Both the position numbers and the translations under genes were made by a program. Positions 53,414 to 54,786 of a stretch of 54,786 bases of DNA are shown in pieces; the first letter of the stretch is position 1, and each line of letters begins with the position of its first letter. The DNA comes from Candidatus Woesearchaeota archaeon (GTDB lineage Archaea; Nanobdellota; Nanobdellia; Pacearchaeales; GW2011-AR1). The stretch lies in assembly GCA_964364885.1 (NCBI GenBank), contig CAYIOA010000002.1:1-54786 (forward strand). The letters are read 5' to 3'. A model generated the notes under the pieces. The model was not told where the DNA came from, ran no database searches, and worked only from the letters and a program-made list of their open reading frames with translations.

Positions 53414-53941
53414 ATGAACAAGTCAATTAAGACATTATTTCTTTTGATGTTTATCAGCTTAGCAATAGCTCTTTTTTGGGACAAAATTCCACTAATTAGT
53501 CAGACAGTTCATCTTGTTTTTAATCCAACAATAGGAAAAATTTTAAATTTCAATGCAAATTTTGGCTTGATTTTAGTTTCAGCAGCAATCAGCTTTTTTA
53601 TAACATTAATTCAAAAATATACTACTGATCAAGAAACACTCAGAAGTATAAAAAAAGAGCAGAAACTTTTGCAGGAAGAAATGAAAGCATATAAAGATCA
53701 CCCTGAAAAGCTTCTGGCGCTCCAGAAAAAACAGCTGGAGTTTATACCAAGAACTTTCGAGATAACACTAAGACCATTGATGTATACTTCAATACCAATA
53801 ATTATCTTTTTTAGATGGTTTTCAGATTATTTCACGGCAAATCCATTCAAAATATTTGGCTTAATGCACTGGCTTCTTGCATACTTGATATTCAGCATAG
53901 TCTTCACAACAATATTCAGAAAAGTATTAAACGTAGCATAA
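53414..53941 (+). CDS. DUF106/EMC3-TMCO1-like membrane protein (archaeal Oxa1/YidC-like insertase)
   Basis: TM, then coiled coil (KKEQKLLQEEMKAYKD...LQKKQLEF), then TM-TM topology. Located in the secY neighbourhood, as in other archaea. Confidence 0.7.
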   Translation: MNKSIKTLFLLMFISLAIALFWDKIPLISQTVHLVFNPTIGKILNFNANFGLILVSAAISFFITLIQKYTTDQETLRSIKKEQKLLQEEMKAYKDHPEKLLALQKKQLEFIPRTFEITLRPLMYTSIPIIIFFRWFSDYFTANPFKIFGLMHWLLAYLIFSIVFTTIFRKVLNVA

Positions 53942-53942
53942 A

Positions 53943-54668
53943 TTACTTAACTATTCTTCTCAAGTTTTCTTCATAAACCCTTACTATTTTTTCATCACTT
54001 GTTTTGATATAAGCTGCTTCGAATCTGCTTAAATCAAAATTTTTTCCAAGAATTTCCTTGAATATTTTAATGCAGAATCTTATCCCTTCTTCAACATTCA
54101 TATCTTCTTTATAATCCCTTCTCAAAAATTCTTTTATCTTCTCGTCGTTCTCTCCTATCGCATTTGCCTTGTAAGCAAAGAAATTGCCTGTGACATCAGA
54201 CGTATATAAATGAGTTTTATTTTTGTTCACTCCTAAAAGCATTATAGAGACACCATAAGGTCTTGCTCCCCCATACTGAGTGAACAGCTGTTTTCTGTCA
54301 GATATCATCCTTATCACAGAGATAGGCTCTATCGGGGACCCAAAGGTTACTTTATTCTGCTGAGCTAAAACCTGCGCTTGATCAATTAATATCCTTGCAT
54401 CAGCCAGTATTCCGGCAGAAACAGCGATTATATGGCTGTCAATCTCAAATATTTTATGAGTAGACTCAAGAGCAAGAAGTTTGTCCCTTACTCTTTTATC
54501 AGCAACAATAACAACTCCATCTTTGCAGACAAGCCCTATGCTCGCGCTTCCCAATCTAACTGTCTTCTCAGCATATTCAACTTGCAATAAATGCCCCTCA
54601 GGAGAGAACATAGTCGCGGCTCTGTCATAGCCCATTACCTGATGCTGCATTTCTGTTGGAATATCCAT
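53943..54668 (-). CDS. psmA: proteasome subunit alpha
   Basis: YDRAATMFSPEGHLLQVEYA N-terminal signature. Confidence 0.93.
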   Translation of the reverse strand: MDIPTEMQHQVMGYDRAATMFSPEGHLLQVEYAEKTVRLGSASIGLVCKDGVVIVADKRVRDKLLALESTHKIFEIDSHIIAVSAGILADARILIDQAQVLAQQNKVTFGSPIEPISVIRMISDRKQLFTQYGGARPYGVSIMLLGVNKNKTHLYTSDVTGNFFAYKANAIGENDEKIKEFLRRDYKEDMNVEEGIRFCIKIFKEILGKNFDLSRFEAAYIKTSDEKIVRVYEENLRRIVK

Positions 54669-54786
54669 TTTCTCTTTCTCAGAATTATCAATCTAAAAAT
54701 AAAACTCTATTTAAGCTTTGCTCTAATCTGCATAATTGAAAAAAATTGATGAGTCCCAATAATATTTATAATCCCCCCATATTAGT

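Noticed and set aside
1-54786. Searched for CRISPR arrays, transposases or integrases, rRNA genes and recoded stop codons
   Set aside because: I noticed no regularly spaced direct repeats, no DDE or tyrosine-recombinase motifs and no rRNA-like conserved stretches. All conserved genes terminate normally with TAA, TAG or TGA under the standard code.

Overview
AT-rich archaeal chromosomal window (roughly one-third G+C by eye). Evidence for Archaea: e-type ribosomal proteins, PCNA, PriS primase, 20S proteasome alpha and beta, aCPSF1, a class I CCA-adding enzyme and an intron-containing tRNA. The compact proteins, missing housekeeping genes and many pilin-like and Cys-rich surface proteins suggest a reduced, probably DPANN-type episymbiont; this is inference. 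Core content includes argS, a compact SRP RNA, mre11-rad50, psmB, aCPSF1, a presenilin-type protease, TrmB, cca, trxB, primase and PCNA. A 12.6-kb ribosomal protein superoperon runs uL3 to uL15, then secY and a DUF106/YidC-like gene, with psmA convergent at the end. The accessory part is a minus-strand surface block (16.5-29.5 kb). It holds a type IV pilus-like machine: FlaI-like ATPase, a platform split into two genes, a 53-aa micro-ORF and three pilins. A second, tightly packed operon follows: two pilin-like proteins, a 404-aa Cys-rich repeat protein and an 898-aa PKD protein. That operon runs with only a 5-nt gap into the uncharacterised archaeal GTPase/DUF2073/Zn-ribbon trio. I consider this the best candidate for an undescribed system (adhesion or host contact coupled to a GTPase module). 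Other notable items: an ArmA/Rmt-family 16S rRNA methyltransferase homologue inside the pilus block, and a basic-tailed Zn-ribbon ORF translationally coupled between uL30 and uL15. Two surface proteins share a Cys-rich juxtamembrane module, and there is a secreted SNase-LTD nuclease and a PriS with a Zn-ribbon insert and PriCT-like tail. tRNA and SRP RNA promoter spacing, plus the absence of Rpp29 from its usual slot, hint at leaderless RNA transcription. No CRISPR array, transposase or integrase was seen.
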